Part shown: in pieces, positions 12,130 to 24,243 of the stretch
Layout: every line of letters begins with the position of its first letter
How positions within the stretch are numbered: position 1 is the stretch's first letter
Assembly: GCA_030141605.1 (NCBI GenBank)
Contig: JAQGDQ010000001.1
Location: 124,001-188,000 of the forward strand
Source: Tubiluchus corallicola
Lineage: Eukaryota; Animalia; Priapulida
Length of the DNA stretch: 64,000 nucleotides
Direction: 5' to 3'
Made by a program: the position numbers and the translations under genes
Notes under the pieces: generated by a model
The model's input: the letters and a program-made list of their open reading frames with translations, nothing else
Told to the model about the DNA's origin: nothing
Database searches by the model: none

Positions 12130-14396
12130 TAGGTTGTTTATTATGCAATCTTTGGAATTGAACGTAAACACGTTAAGTTTTCCACATTTTCCCAAGTGAT
12201 TGTTGGAGGCGTAAGGTGATATTCCTCCAGCAGATGCAATACAGCTGATTTGATTCACGTCTTTTTCCCCGAGTCCAATGGGCCCTCTCGTTAAGACACC
12301 CTATTGCAAAGGAAAGTATTTCGTAATATTTTAACCTAAATCAATGATCGATTACTACATTATTCTGAATCTCCTAGTCGGTGAGATACTTTCTTAGTAG
12401 TATCAGAAAATTATTAGGGCCTAACACAGATAAATGTATCAAATAATGTTAACTTTATTGATGCATACCGCGCAATCTAAACTGTGGCGTACCACGCGAA
12501 AACGTGTATATGAAAATCGTAAAATGTTTTATTCTGATAAACTAACGGAGGGCCAAGAAAAGTAATGTAGAAATAAAATATTCGTGTAGATATTTGCACT
12601 TAACTGTGGCAATACCGAATTTCTAAGTGTTGAAGCTTGGAATATGGACGTTAGACACTGGGCAGGCAGAATTCTAAAACAGAAGAAATCCGCCCTCAAG
12701 ACAGGTTAACACAGCACTAATCGAGCAAAAAACTAGACACTGCTATGCTAGTGGCTTGTCAGCACCACTTCTGTTTCAGCATCTCTATTTGCGAATCTGG
12801 TGGATAAAGAGAGAACACAGCAATCGTTAAGCTCAATGCTTGCATGTGTTCATTATGGAAATGTATTTGCCGTCGATTCAGTACTAAAAACTTCTGTTTG
12901 CCTCTCGTTTGTACAGTTCAAAATGACAAACTAACTTTTCTAAATTGGATTTGGAGTTTCACGTTTAGCTGATCCTTACAGTGGGCATATTCCTAACGCA
13001 ATATAAATCTAGGGAGGTACTTCACAAAATCAAAATCGTATTTGCTTACACTGTATACAAACGATTTTGAAGACGAATTTCACTTTGTAATTACATGTAC
13101 CTTTTATATTGATTTGAGAAACCAGAATTACATATGATTTTAAGGCATGAATGATAGTGATAAATTGATTCTGTTGATGGGCAGCAGTGATTACAAAGTT
13201 ATTAAAATGATAGTTAGCTATGCTGAAAAAGCCTTTGCCAGACATAACAATTAACGTTTCAAATAGCTAACGTTATTTTTATGATTAGTAGTTGTTTTAT
13301 AATGTACTAAATTACTAATGCAAACTAGCTTGAACAGTAGAACGTTTTTTAATTTACTATAAAATTTTCATTATGTTTCAGTCTCTGTTTCCTTGTGTTG
13401 ATAGTCTTTCGTGTATTGAAATTACACGTTTGTATGCATTTGTCTGTGTCTAATTGGTACAATAAAGGTTACTACTAAAATATATGATTGAGATTAATAT
13501 TGGCAAAACTATAGTTAATAATAGCTACATGATATTGGTTATTTTATAACCTCACAGGTGGCGCCCTATCCTGACGTTGTCCCAATGTGAGCAACAATTT
13601 TTTTTTCTTGATTATCCGGTAGCTTATCCCGGCTCAATAGACTCAATGTGCGAGTTTGCTTCTCCAAACATTTCAATAACATCTGGATCGAGTAAGCCAG
13701 TTGTAGAAGTGTACGTGGGGTGTATTGTGATTCGTGATACCACCAGTTCCTGGACAGGGCTGGTCAGACCCAGTTGCACAGTAAATCGTGATGGATACAT
13801 GTCAATGCTAAAATCAATGTTACATGTATTGTGATAAGGAAATGATTTTAGAATGATTTCTAAATCTGTTATATTAATATAAATATGTCGTGTAGCACAT
13901 ACCCAAGGCAACATTTGATTAAGCAAACAATTGCTTAAGTAGGTTTTATGACGTATACTTACATAAAGTAGGTCACACTGTTTATTGCTGCAATAACTGC
14001 AATGACGTCTCAGTTTTGCTCTAAGAATAGTTAATACAAAAATGCATTAACTCATATACATATTTAAGTTATAACAAAAAAACGAAACTGATTGAAGTCA
14101 AGCTAAAATCAAAGCAAAGAGCAATATATTTAAGTACCTTTAATTTAAATAAATAGATACGTTTTACGCAGCCATTAAACATCTCACTTCCTTATACCTT
14201 TACATGCGCAAATTTATACAGATACAATAATAACATAGTAACGCGACAAGACAACATGCAGTGCGCCGAAATTAAAGCATATCGTTTACTTAACAGAGCA
14301 CCACTACGTAACTGTCCTTCCAGATAGGTGACGACAACGTATGAGGAACGTCTCCAAGTTTCGCATTTGTGCCTCTTGCAATTCGAGCCTCATAAG
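12130..14396 (-). pseudogene. Trypsin-like (S1A) serine protease pseudogene, at least 3 exon relics
   Basis: Exon about 14396-14245: EARIARGTNAKLGDVP/frameshift/YVVVTYLEGQLRSGALLSKRYALISAHC (relics of RIVGG, CGG and AAHC). Exon 13807-13551: RFTVQLG...VSRITIHPTYTSTT...GTTSG*GAT (SGWG with TGG>TAG). Exon from 12300 after a phase-0 acceptor: GVLTRGPI...QISCIASAG...DCIINNL (relics of GDSGGPL and DWI). Confidence 0.75.
12652..12771 (-). repeat. Inverted copy of the 866-984 repeat, inside the protease pseudogene
   Basis: TAGACACTGGGCAGGCAGAATTCT...CTTGTCAGCACCACTTC. Confidence 0.9.
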
Positions 14397-14977
14397 CTGA
14401 AAAATAATAACCTGCACACCTTTAAACTACTTAACTTACGCTGTGTAGCCTCTCGTTATACATCATCAATTACGCCTAAGTTAATGAATGTAAAAATAAT
14501 AACTAATTACATAGCCGTATTAGGTAATTTTGCCAGTACATAAACACATCCATTTTGCCTAAACGTGATTATGATCCCTGTAGGCACCTGATTATAATGT
14601 AATGTTAAATTATAATATAACAGCACGTGAAGTGCATCCCCTGGCGTTGTAATAGGGCTCGTGCATTAAAATTTTCGCATAATATTCTGCAATTTACAAG
14701 AGTTTGCTCATGCAAGCCTGGGATCTATACACAGATTATACGCAATCAATTTGGTATATCTACTTCTTACTGTCATAACCAGTAATGAGTATTAGTTCAA
14801 AATTATGATTAAGTTTAGTGAAAGAAAAACAGAATGCAGTAGACCCAGTAAGCGTTTTAATGATTTGGTAATTGAATATCACAAGTTGAGCGACCCAATT
14901 CTGTATCAACAGCCGAATTACGTACCCAATATACACGACAGACAAGCACCTGAAACGAAAGAGTCAGCCTTTATGAG

Positions 14978-15120
14978 TCAAAATGTTATTAAGCGCAGAC
15001 GATCGTTTCGACTTAACAGTCATTTTCAGCGTTATAAAACATGCCTTTTTTGGGTTGTTGTATAACATTGAAAATTATTGCTAAGTCGAAACGATCGTCT
15101 GAGCTTAATAAACATGTTGA
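14978..15120. repeat. Imperfect palindrome with about 60-bp arms
   Basis: TTATTAAGCGCAGACGATCGTTTCGACTTA...TAAGTCGAAACGATCGTCTGAGCTTAATAA, with a loop of about 24 nt. Confidence 0.9.
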
Positions 15121-15951
15121 TAGCATTTCTGATTGTAACTCTATTTATGAGCAAATTTTTGGGGGTCTTCGTTACTTATAAATAATATTTATATCTTAAT
15201 ATACTCAACAAACTCATTATAGTATATGTGTGTAATTATTGTAATTATTGATCATACTGGGATTCGAATGTACAACGAGAGACCGTCGTTGACTGAGATT
15301 TTCTTGCACATTAAAATCTGCTGTTTGTTAACATCTCTTAAAAAATATAAGGCCCATAAAAGGCATGTCATAAACAGGCTAAAAACAGTAACGTTGTTTA
15401 AAATAAAAAAATCGATTAAATTACAATTAGGTCCCGGGCAGACATGCAATTCTCAATTAAAAGTTGCACAACTGAAAATAGCAGAAATTTTACTGGTGTA
15501 CCAAAATCGGGAGCGTAGACATGCAATTGGAAATTGTGCAACTGGTGGTATGGAATTTGAAAACGTTGCTTGCGTTTGCGCCTTGTTGATTCACAAAAAG
15601 ATAGAAACGCCGGAAGTGCTGGGCTCACCCAATAACGAGCCAGTGTTTACTGAATGGGCATTCTACATATTCTGTAACGACTTACTAACTCACCAAGTAA
15701 ATTCTTCAGTTATTATCGGATGAGTCCAAATAGTTTTGATGAACTTTTGGATATTATTGAACCATGCATCACCTGTAGAAACGAATGAAATAACCAATTT
15801 ACGATATATGCGTGTTACTTATACTTTTTTGTAATTTTTGTATACTTGTTATATATACTTGCTACAACGAAGACAACCAGAAATTTACAAGTTAATATAT
15901 GAAAACGTTAAGTATGCACTTTACAGTTCACACAATTTAAGGGTTTTGAGT

Positions 15952-16508
15952 TCATATACTTCTGATGCAGGGGAGGGTGTAAATCTTCTGTCGGGTGCAA
16001 GCACAACTGGGGCACTGGGCACTGAACCTTGTGAAGCAAATGATGGACCTGGTATATTGAACGGGTTTGTCATAGTGACAGTCCGCAGAGACAAGAAGCT
16101 TGCACTGGATGTACTTCAAATGTTTTGGATATACTGAGGCTACGCAACGCCCTTGAACAACCTTCAAAAATTCCATTTTGGCCTCCAATTTTCACAGAGT
16201 TTTTTGAATAACGGCAACAGTGACAACAAAAAAGATTTATTTTCATCAGTGTCTTCTTTTTTTCAAAATGTTTAGTAAGGCCTCTTCATAAGAGACTTTT
16301 CTACCCTTAGCTTTTGTATTTTAAATTAGAACGCGGTGATTGTTAGGGCCACGTCTGAATGTTTCCTTGTCTTGCAAGGTCGGTAACAGAAACAATAGCT
16401 GCTCAAACTAGACATATGTTTTCCACTTCTTTGTCTCGTCTCCTGATTTCATTGTTCTTTGCTCTTTCAGTTCCCACGTCATCAGGTTTCGCCATTTCTT
16501 TTGGAGCT
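15952..16508 (-). mobile_element. Harbinger accessory MADF/BESS-type ORF remnant
   Basis: Minus-strand translation gives KSGDETKKWKTYV*FEQLLFLL (MADF C-terminus) and DTDENKSFLLSLLPLFKKL...EAKMEFLKVV (BESS-like). Divergent from the transposase. Candidate left terminus TTA|GGTCCCGGGCAGACATGCAA at 15430. Confidence 0.65.
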
Positions 16509-16579
16509 CCCTGTCTACGAATAAACATAAAATAGTTATTTCTAATTAAAATAAAGTAAACCATCCTTTTTAATTTTTT

Positions 16580-17408
16580 CTCTCATCTCACAAATGGTAG
16601 TAGTTTTTGTATTTCTAATATTTGATGGGTACCTTAACAATGCGTGAAACTGACGAAAAAGATACCTTTGAGATCATATAGCTTCGTCTTAAGACAAGGT
16701 GTATGCCGAAGAAAACGTAGGAGACATGTCAAAATATAGCGGAGGGTTTTGCTACAAAACGAATTTTCCAAACTGTTTAGGTGCTTTAGATGAGAAAAAC
16801 ATACGTGTTATAAAGCTAGAACATAGCGACTCGCTGTAGCACTGCTTGCATTAGCGGACGCAAACTATTGTTTTTCGTTTGTGGATATCGGTTCTTATAG
16901 AAGTACAAGGGGTTTCAACGATCCAACTGTGCACGAAGCTTAGAAGAGGGACTGTTGAATGTACCGTCTAGCCGACAATTACATAGTGACAATGGGGAAG
17001 TGATGCCATTTGTAATAGTGGCTGACAAAGCATTAAAGTCATCAGAAAATATGCTGCGTCCCTTTGCCAGAAAATCCCTGTATGTCGTGAAGAAAGTGTT
17101 CAATTATAGACTGTCAAGCGCATGAAGAATGGTTGAATGCGTCTTCGGCATCCTTGCCAGTAAATGGAGAGTTTTCCAGCGTCCTCATGATGTCCATCCG
17201 GAGTTTTGTAACAACATAGTCAAGGCGTAGTCACAGTCAAAATTCTTCATAAGTTTGTACGCAAAAGAGATGGGATGAGTGTCCAGTAGACGATCTTAGC
17301 GCAAATAATGTACGAAGATCTTGCATTGAAGTAACAGTCCGAGATTACTATTCAAATTACTTCATCAGGCCTCAAGGGTCTGTACCATGGCAGTATGAAA
17401 AAACTTAG
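16580..17408 (+). mobile_element. Harbinger/PIF DDE transposase remnant (DDE_Tnp_4/HARBI1-like), inactivated
   Basis: Manual translation gives FPNCLGALD.K, MPFVIVADKA, NMLRPFA, VFNYRLSSA*RMVECVFGILASKWRVFQRP and C-terminal GSVPWQYEKT*. Contains stops and frameshifts. Confidence 0.85.
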
Positions 17409-19509
17409 ACTTGCAGTTAGCTTATGATAAACAAATAACATGGCTAATATAAGAAGTGTACGCAAGAGAAGTATATAAAATGATAAAAGGATTATTTTAC
17501 TGTATGCCTTGTATGTTTAAAACTTGAAACAAGTATTTTCAAGCTGTTAGGTCACAATAGTTTGATTAATTTTTTTACGTTTGATTTTATACTGTTATAC
17601 GTTTTACGTTAAACGGTTTTAAAGTACACAAATATAGGAGTAAATAAAAATTCATAATTTAGTAAGAGAAAAGCCCTAAATTTCCAAGAGTACCCAACAC
17701 TTGTGACGTCTTTTTAGATGTTAAAAAACTGTACAAAAATAATTGTGTGTGTGAGTGTCAACATCTGTTCTGTGCGCAGAATATGTGAGGATGCAGTATT
17801 TATTATCATATAAACTTTTTCCGTAGCTGAACTTTGCTGCACAAAGCTCTGATGGCCCTCCCTTGCGCCGAGGTTTATCACCCTTGATCATATCTTTTTT
17901 CAACTAAATAAAGTGAACTTCTTGTCCGGTGTCCTACATTGTTTATTTGTAGCCGAAATTTGTAGCCATTTACAAATTGTTACTTCGCTGAGTTTGATGG
18001 GATATGACAACGTTGGAAAGATGTTTCTGGCGTAAAAGATGGTCGCTTTATTAAATACAGAGTTAGGTCTCTTCACCGTGTAATGCAACCGAAACTTTTT
18101 TATTATTTTTATTTTCTGCAGTGCATATAGCGGAATGTTCATACATATTCAAACAGTGCATTCTAATAATAACAGTGCTGTTGTGCATTATTTGCCAATT
18201 TATTTGTTAGTTTATTGACTTGATACTGTAAGTCCCAGGCTTAAAGCGTTTTGTTTATTTTGTAAACACGATAAAAGGTAACCATATTTAGCTCATTCAA
18301 AAGTAGTTAAATTAGTGTTTGACTAATGATAGTCTTTTTTTCATACTTTTTTTTGTTGTTGCTTAATAATTATTTCTATCACATTTATGCAATTCATTGT
18401 TTGTGCATTTGTTGCCTACGCATTGTCGTTTGCATTATCACAATGAGTACAACAGATTACTCCAAGCAAAATAAACTGCACATCTCACATCCGAACCACA
18501 CTGCTCAATAGACAGGCCTCCCGTAGACTGCCTATAAGCTTGCTACTGTCTGGAGCTGACAGGTAGATGATTGGTCGCCCCTTTTTTTAGCTCGGTCAGG
18601 TCAGTCAAATTGCTACCCAGCGACTACCTTTGATCAAACAACCTACCCCCAGACGTCAGATCGTTACACCTCCATTCATTTTGGAGCGCCATTTAATGTA
18701 ATCATTTTCATTGTCGATATGCTAGTTCGTTCATGCTGCGGTACGTGTTTGCAAAACATTTTAGTTCTGTGGTTCTTCGAATCCCAAGTCATATTGCTCT
18801 GCTTTCAATCACTAGTTTCTTCAATTTCTTCTCAGTCTGACTTGTCATTTAATTTCATTATAGAGCATTGCCTTTTTTCAGTTGGCATTTTTCTCCGATA
18901 AATAACTCCTCAACTTCTTTCCTGCCTAAAGTTCCTCCTTTCAGATTTGTAATTTCTCCCTTTGGGGTCAAGGTTTTCAGGAAAATATGTTACCGGTCTT
19001 TGTGCTTTGTTTATTGTCACTACAATTTGTCGTTGATGTGTTCTAGCCAAGATCTCTTAATCGACTGGCATAAAGTGTCGAGATTTTCAAAAATCACTAT
19101 CGTCGTCATCGTATTGAATTCGAACGTTTGCACAATTAGGAACGGTCTGATTTGCGCGAACGTGACTATTTCACCATCGATAACTGTTCAAGTGCATTAA
19201 TAAAAGTTCGAATGTTGCAATTTTTGAAGTTTAGTGCCTGACTTTAAAAAGCTCCTCTTCTAAGACTCGTTCTACTTGCCAAAACCGCATTCACTAACAT
19301 TGAATTTTTGTGCGACGTAGGGGCGAAGCAAATACAGTTTGATAAATTTATATAGATTGTATATCTGCTTATGCTGCCGGGCGCGGCTTAAATTAATTGG
19401 CAAAGATGTAGAAGCTTATAACGTCTAAGCCAGGTGAATCCGATTACCCACCTTCAAAGAAATTCTCGGATTATTCTCTAAGGAGTTCTTAATCTGCTTA
19501 ACTAAATAT

Positions 19510-20230
19510 AGTGTGTCAGCTCGTCAGTGCAAGAACTGCAAATCACACACTTCGCTACTTGCAAATTTCGCTAGTGGACCCTTCGCTAGTTGTAAATTTT
19601 GTCAGTGCCTACTTTGCCAATTTTGCATTTGCTGCTATATGCATCGAACGAATATATTCCGCTGGTACACGCTTATTCACATTTCGCTAGTACAGATTTT
19701 GCTAATGCAAACTTCGCCAACCGTGCATTTCAGTAGTACGCATTTGGCTAGTTAAATATTTTGCCGATACTCACTTCGCTAGTGTCTATGTCAGCTGTAC
19801 ATTTCGCCAGCGCACGAATCACCACTTGCACATTTTGCCAGAGACACTTTGTCAGTTCCACATTAACTTTTCTAATTGTCATTATTTTGTTCAGTTCACC
19901 AGTACACACTGCATCAGTGAATTTGTGCACTTCGCCATTCATGTTTTGTCTGTGCACATTTGTCAATTGTACAATTTTAGTACACGTTTCCCTATTTCCA
20001 TTAGTTCTGCACCAGTGCTCATTTTACCAGTAATTGTACATTTCGTAATATGAACGCCTCGCCAAGTATACATTAGTCCATTGCTTTCTTTACTAATTGT
20101 ACAGTTCATGAGTGCACACTTAGACAGTAAAATTTCGCCCATATATTAATACTTTTGTACGTTGCCATGATATAGTTAGTGTAATTCATTTTTGACAATG
20201 ATAAAATTTGTCAGTGCACACTTGGAGCAC
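19510..20230 (-). repeat. Degenerate ~15-bp minisatellite (ACTGGCGAAATGTAC family)
   Basis: Recurrent (ACA)TTTCGC(C/T)AGT units. The same unit occurs on + at 8-90 and 38100-38410. Confidence 0.75.
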
Positions 20231-20231
20231 T

Positions 20232-20422
20232 GGTGATGTATGATGGTAGTAGTGATGACGACGATGAGGATAAGGATAATGATAATGATGATGATGTTGA
20301 TTATGATTATGATGATGATGATGATGACGACGACGACTTCGAAGATGATGGCGATGACGATGATTAGGACGACGACAATGCTGATGGTGTTTGTGACTAC
20401 GATGAGGATGAGCAAGCGGTGA
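20232..20422. repeat. Degenerate (GAT/GAC)n microsatellite
   Basis: Read directly; explains the poly-M and poly-I ORFs. Confidence 0.95.
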
Positions 20423-23400
20423 TTAATATTTTCTTAGCAGAAATTAAACAGTCAAAAAACATTTACAGTTTAAACATTTACTACCTATACATATTTAACT
20501 TGTTTATTTTGTGTACTGTATTAACAGATTGTTGCAAAGAAAGGTTATTGTTATAAATAGATAAGAAATCAGAAAAAAAGAATAAAAGTATAAAAAAGAG
20601 GATTTGCAGCTGGATGGAAGGCTAACGCATAATTCAACAACATGAGTTTGGTTAACACATGAAACCGTTACTGAGCCTCTTCTTCGGGTTTTTCATTTTG
20701 TTTTCAGAGCAAACATTTGAAAGAGCAATGGCTGTGATAAAGTCTCGTGACGGGAGCTGATAAGTGAAACATTTGCGCACATAAGACAAAGTTTGTTATT
20801 TTTTTAAGAAATGAAGGACGAAGACATGTAACGCGATGGAAATGATAACACGTTTATCGATAAATTTCCATTATCCATTGCAGAATTTAAACTGAAAAAA
20901 TCGAAGTACGGATACAAACTATAAAACTACGTTCAAAAACAAATTATACATGTTTATTATGATTCATTGATCATTTGAAATCACGCAGTTGGTGCGGTTA
21001 ATGGTTACGTAAAATGTAGTCCAATACTTTTTATTTAATCGCATTTATTTTTTGAGACATACCTAAACTCAAACATATTATTTGTAACGCTAATGTTAAA
21101 ACAAGTACGTAAACAAGAGGAGCCATACGTCAGTTGTCGTAGACGTCTTAAGTCAGACTTGAAACAATTATAGTGCTCTTCCGAGATATCTAGATCTAAA
21201 TTTCTGAAGTTAGGCATTTAAGTAGCTTCAGTTAACGAAGTCTGTGAAGAACGAAAGCTTCTGGAAAAATAAAAGTTTTTTTGAGATTTAAAGGACACTT
21301 TGTCTTAAGTCACACTTATATTTGTGGTTAAATAGTGTATTCACGCAGTTTTAATTTCGTGTTTATTCAGGTAAGTTTACCTGTTTATGATTGTTCATTA
21401 GTTGGGTTAGGTCGTAATTATTAGTGTTCTTAATACATTAAAGACGTGATTTTTGCTTTAAAGAGTGTTTATAAAATAACAAAAGAGTTCATTAAGAAAA
21501 AGATTTGAATCATAAGCAAAACATGAAAGTAAGAAATAGTGTAGAGACTTCTGTGTCATGGGAAATGGGAAATCCATGTGAGTTTTTAACCATTAAAAAC
21601 ATTTTGGTACTTTTTAAACATTTGTAAGTTCAAAATTCAAGATAGCATCGAAGATGGCTGCCGACTGTTCAAGCTTCTATACACTTGCTTTTAATTAAGT
21701 GAAATTCATCCTTCAAATGTCTTGATAATTTTTTTCAATTAAGGATGTCAATAAAGGGCATGAGAGGATAGATTAAAACAATTTCTTCGCAGACATTGTT
21801 ATGTCAGCTAAATAAATGTCACAAAAAGTGAAAAATTTATATAATAGTTTGGGATCAAGTGACAGAAAAATGGTTCCGTTCACTGGGTCGTGTCAAATAA
21901 TGAGTTTTTAACGTGGCAAAGTCCCCCAAAAGCCAGTGTTAGTGCAAATTTGTGCAAGGTAAGGAATCAACGACACAAAAATGGTTTGAGTACTTTGAAC
22001 TCATGAAGCAGGAAAAAAGAACTCTTGGTGATTGAATAACTCATAAATATTGCACAGTGATTTTTTTGGGAAACCTTTATCGAGGTATTTTTATGGTTGA
22101 ATCAATTAGCTACATTGGAAATCTATTAGAAATTAAAAAAACCTTTTCTTGTATTAACTTCAACGTGAAAGTTCTGATACGTTGATGAGTGATGATATAC
22201 AAAAAGCGTTATGTGCTAAAGTTGGACTCAAATTTCATTTGAACTGTTTGCAAGTGAAAGATTCAAAATCAGTATATAGATGAGTAAAAGTCTTTTTTCT
22301 AAAAACAAAGGTGGATTTTATCCTGATTGTGATGAGATAACATATGTAAAAGAGATAAGGAACCACTATTTTCAATACCACAAACAAATTTGATGCATTT
22401 TTGAGGCAAGGGTGACACAAGTTTAAATAATCTAATAACAGAGGTATTGTGTTCATAAATTTGAACAATAAAACATGTCATATAAGTAACGTTTGTACAA
22501 CAGAGATTAGAACAAAATGAAAATTTTTCGAAAACAGGAGGAAAATTTTGAAATCTCTGGTAAAGTTGTTCAAAATTTGATCAATTTGTGTGTAGACCGT
22601 ATGGACAAAAACATTGCGTAATGTAATGAAGCCACACATACTGAGGTGAAAAGCAAATACTAAATGCACCGCGGATTTGAGTAAGCTGCCACCTTGCAGG
22701 ACAGTTTTGAGACAACATATGAAGCAGACAAATTCCCAGGTATGTGCGTGGAAAAAAGCTATTGTTTCTATGACAAAAGAACCAAGTCCACTGGAAGGCC
22801 GTGGATGACATCACATCGACGGAACAACAAAACCATCTTATACTGTAATTGATGTGATGCTTGAGTCTTAATAGATATCACGTCATGGAAAAGTTTGAAG
22901 AAAAAGCCAACAATAGCGTAGAAAATGATGACTATTACGGTGAAGATGCGAAAGAAGCTACGTGCATTTTATTGATCAGTTTTGATCAGTACTTTTTGCT
23001 CGCCTAAGTCTGCTGGTTGTTATTGTCAGCAGGCTAGTGACTTCAGAGTAAAGACTGGCCATCAAATTGCAGTTGTCCTCTCTGTTCTGGTCCCTGTCCC
23101 AGCAAAACTAGGTGTTGCTGTTAACTTTTGACATGTTTTGTTGGTTGATTTTGCAGGTACAACAGAGCTTTCACAGCCCGTTAAAGTAACTGCCTAATGA
23201 TATATGTCTGTCTTCCTGGACTACCAAAATATGTGTGAATTAGCGTTTATATGAGCTGTGAAAGTGTTTTAATACCATAAAAGGGTTCATAAAAAAGAGA
23301 AAATTAATTTCGCTAAATTTCGCAATAAAGTAAGTGGACATCCCCAAATCTTTTTTATAAGCTCACATAATGATTGCAGATGACATTTGAAATTGAATGA

Positions 23401-24243
23401 TGCTTTGATTTGTAAGTGATTTTATTATTTCTGCAAGAAAATGTACAGGCAATAATATAATTGGGTGCGCTTAATTAAATCTCACGTATTAAGCTCACCT
23501 GCAACAAGGTAAACCCAAATAGGTCTATCGCTTCGCATCTCCTTCGCCTTTTGGGGGCTGGACATAAACAGGGAATCGTTTTTCTTTGTAAATCTGTATC
23601 CTTGCAGAGCAGCCAGTAAGTATTAATTGTGTATAAATTGCCAATTCACTAAAATCTTTCCTTACGTAGCTTTAATAGAACGTTATCTACGAATCGTGAC
23701 GGAGTCTCCTGTTAATAAGGACGCCTTGGCAAATTTTGCATACAAATATGACCAAGGTCCACTTGATATGTAGTATTAGCGAGTTTAACTGCTAATCATT
23801 TTACTTCGTTGACGGAGAAAATTGAGGTGCTTCGGATGGCAATCCGAAAATCATGTGAGTTTTTTGTTCTGTATCTTATACTTAAAATAAAAAAATTCTA
23901 CCCATAATATTTATGTAATAGAACAATTAATTACTATTCATGGATTGTCAAGTTAATGATAATATGTTTCTAACGAAGATGGTGATATGCGAATATGGAA
24001 CAGAAATAAAGCACTATAAAATTCATCTATTCGAGATTTGCTTATAAGACAGGCTTATAATCACTATTTGCCAAGAAGCGACAAGAACGCTCTTGTCGGG
24101 CAGGCCGGGTACGCCACGGAGACTACTCCATGACCGTGCAAACCTCTACCAAAAATACTTGCTGGCCTAGTTTTTAAGCTAATTTCTAGGCCCAATTTTT
24201 ATTTCAGTTGGAATTCATAGAACACAAAATTATTGATTATAAG

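Noticed and set aside
19510-20230. CRISPR-like periodicity
   Set aside because: The unit is about 15 bp and degenerate, with no unique spacers, no cas genes and a eukaryotic context.
21540-23410. Possible DNA-transposon relic with short inverted motifs (TTCAAATGTC/GACATTTGAA)
   Set aside because: Ends and coding motifs could not be defined by eye.
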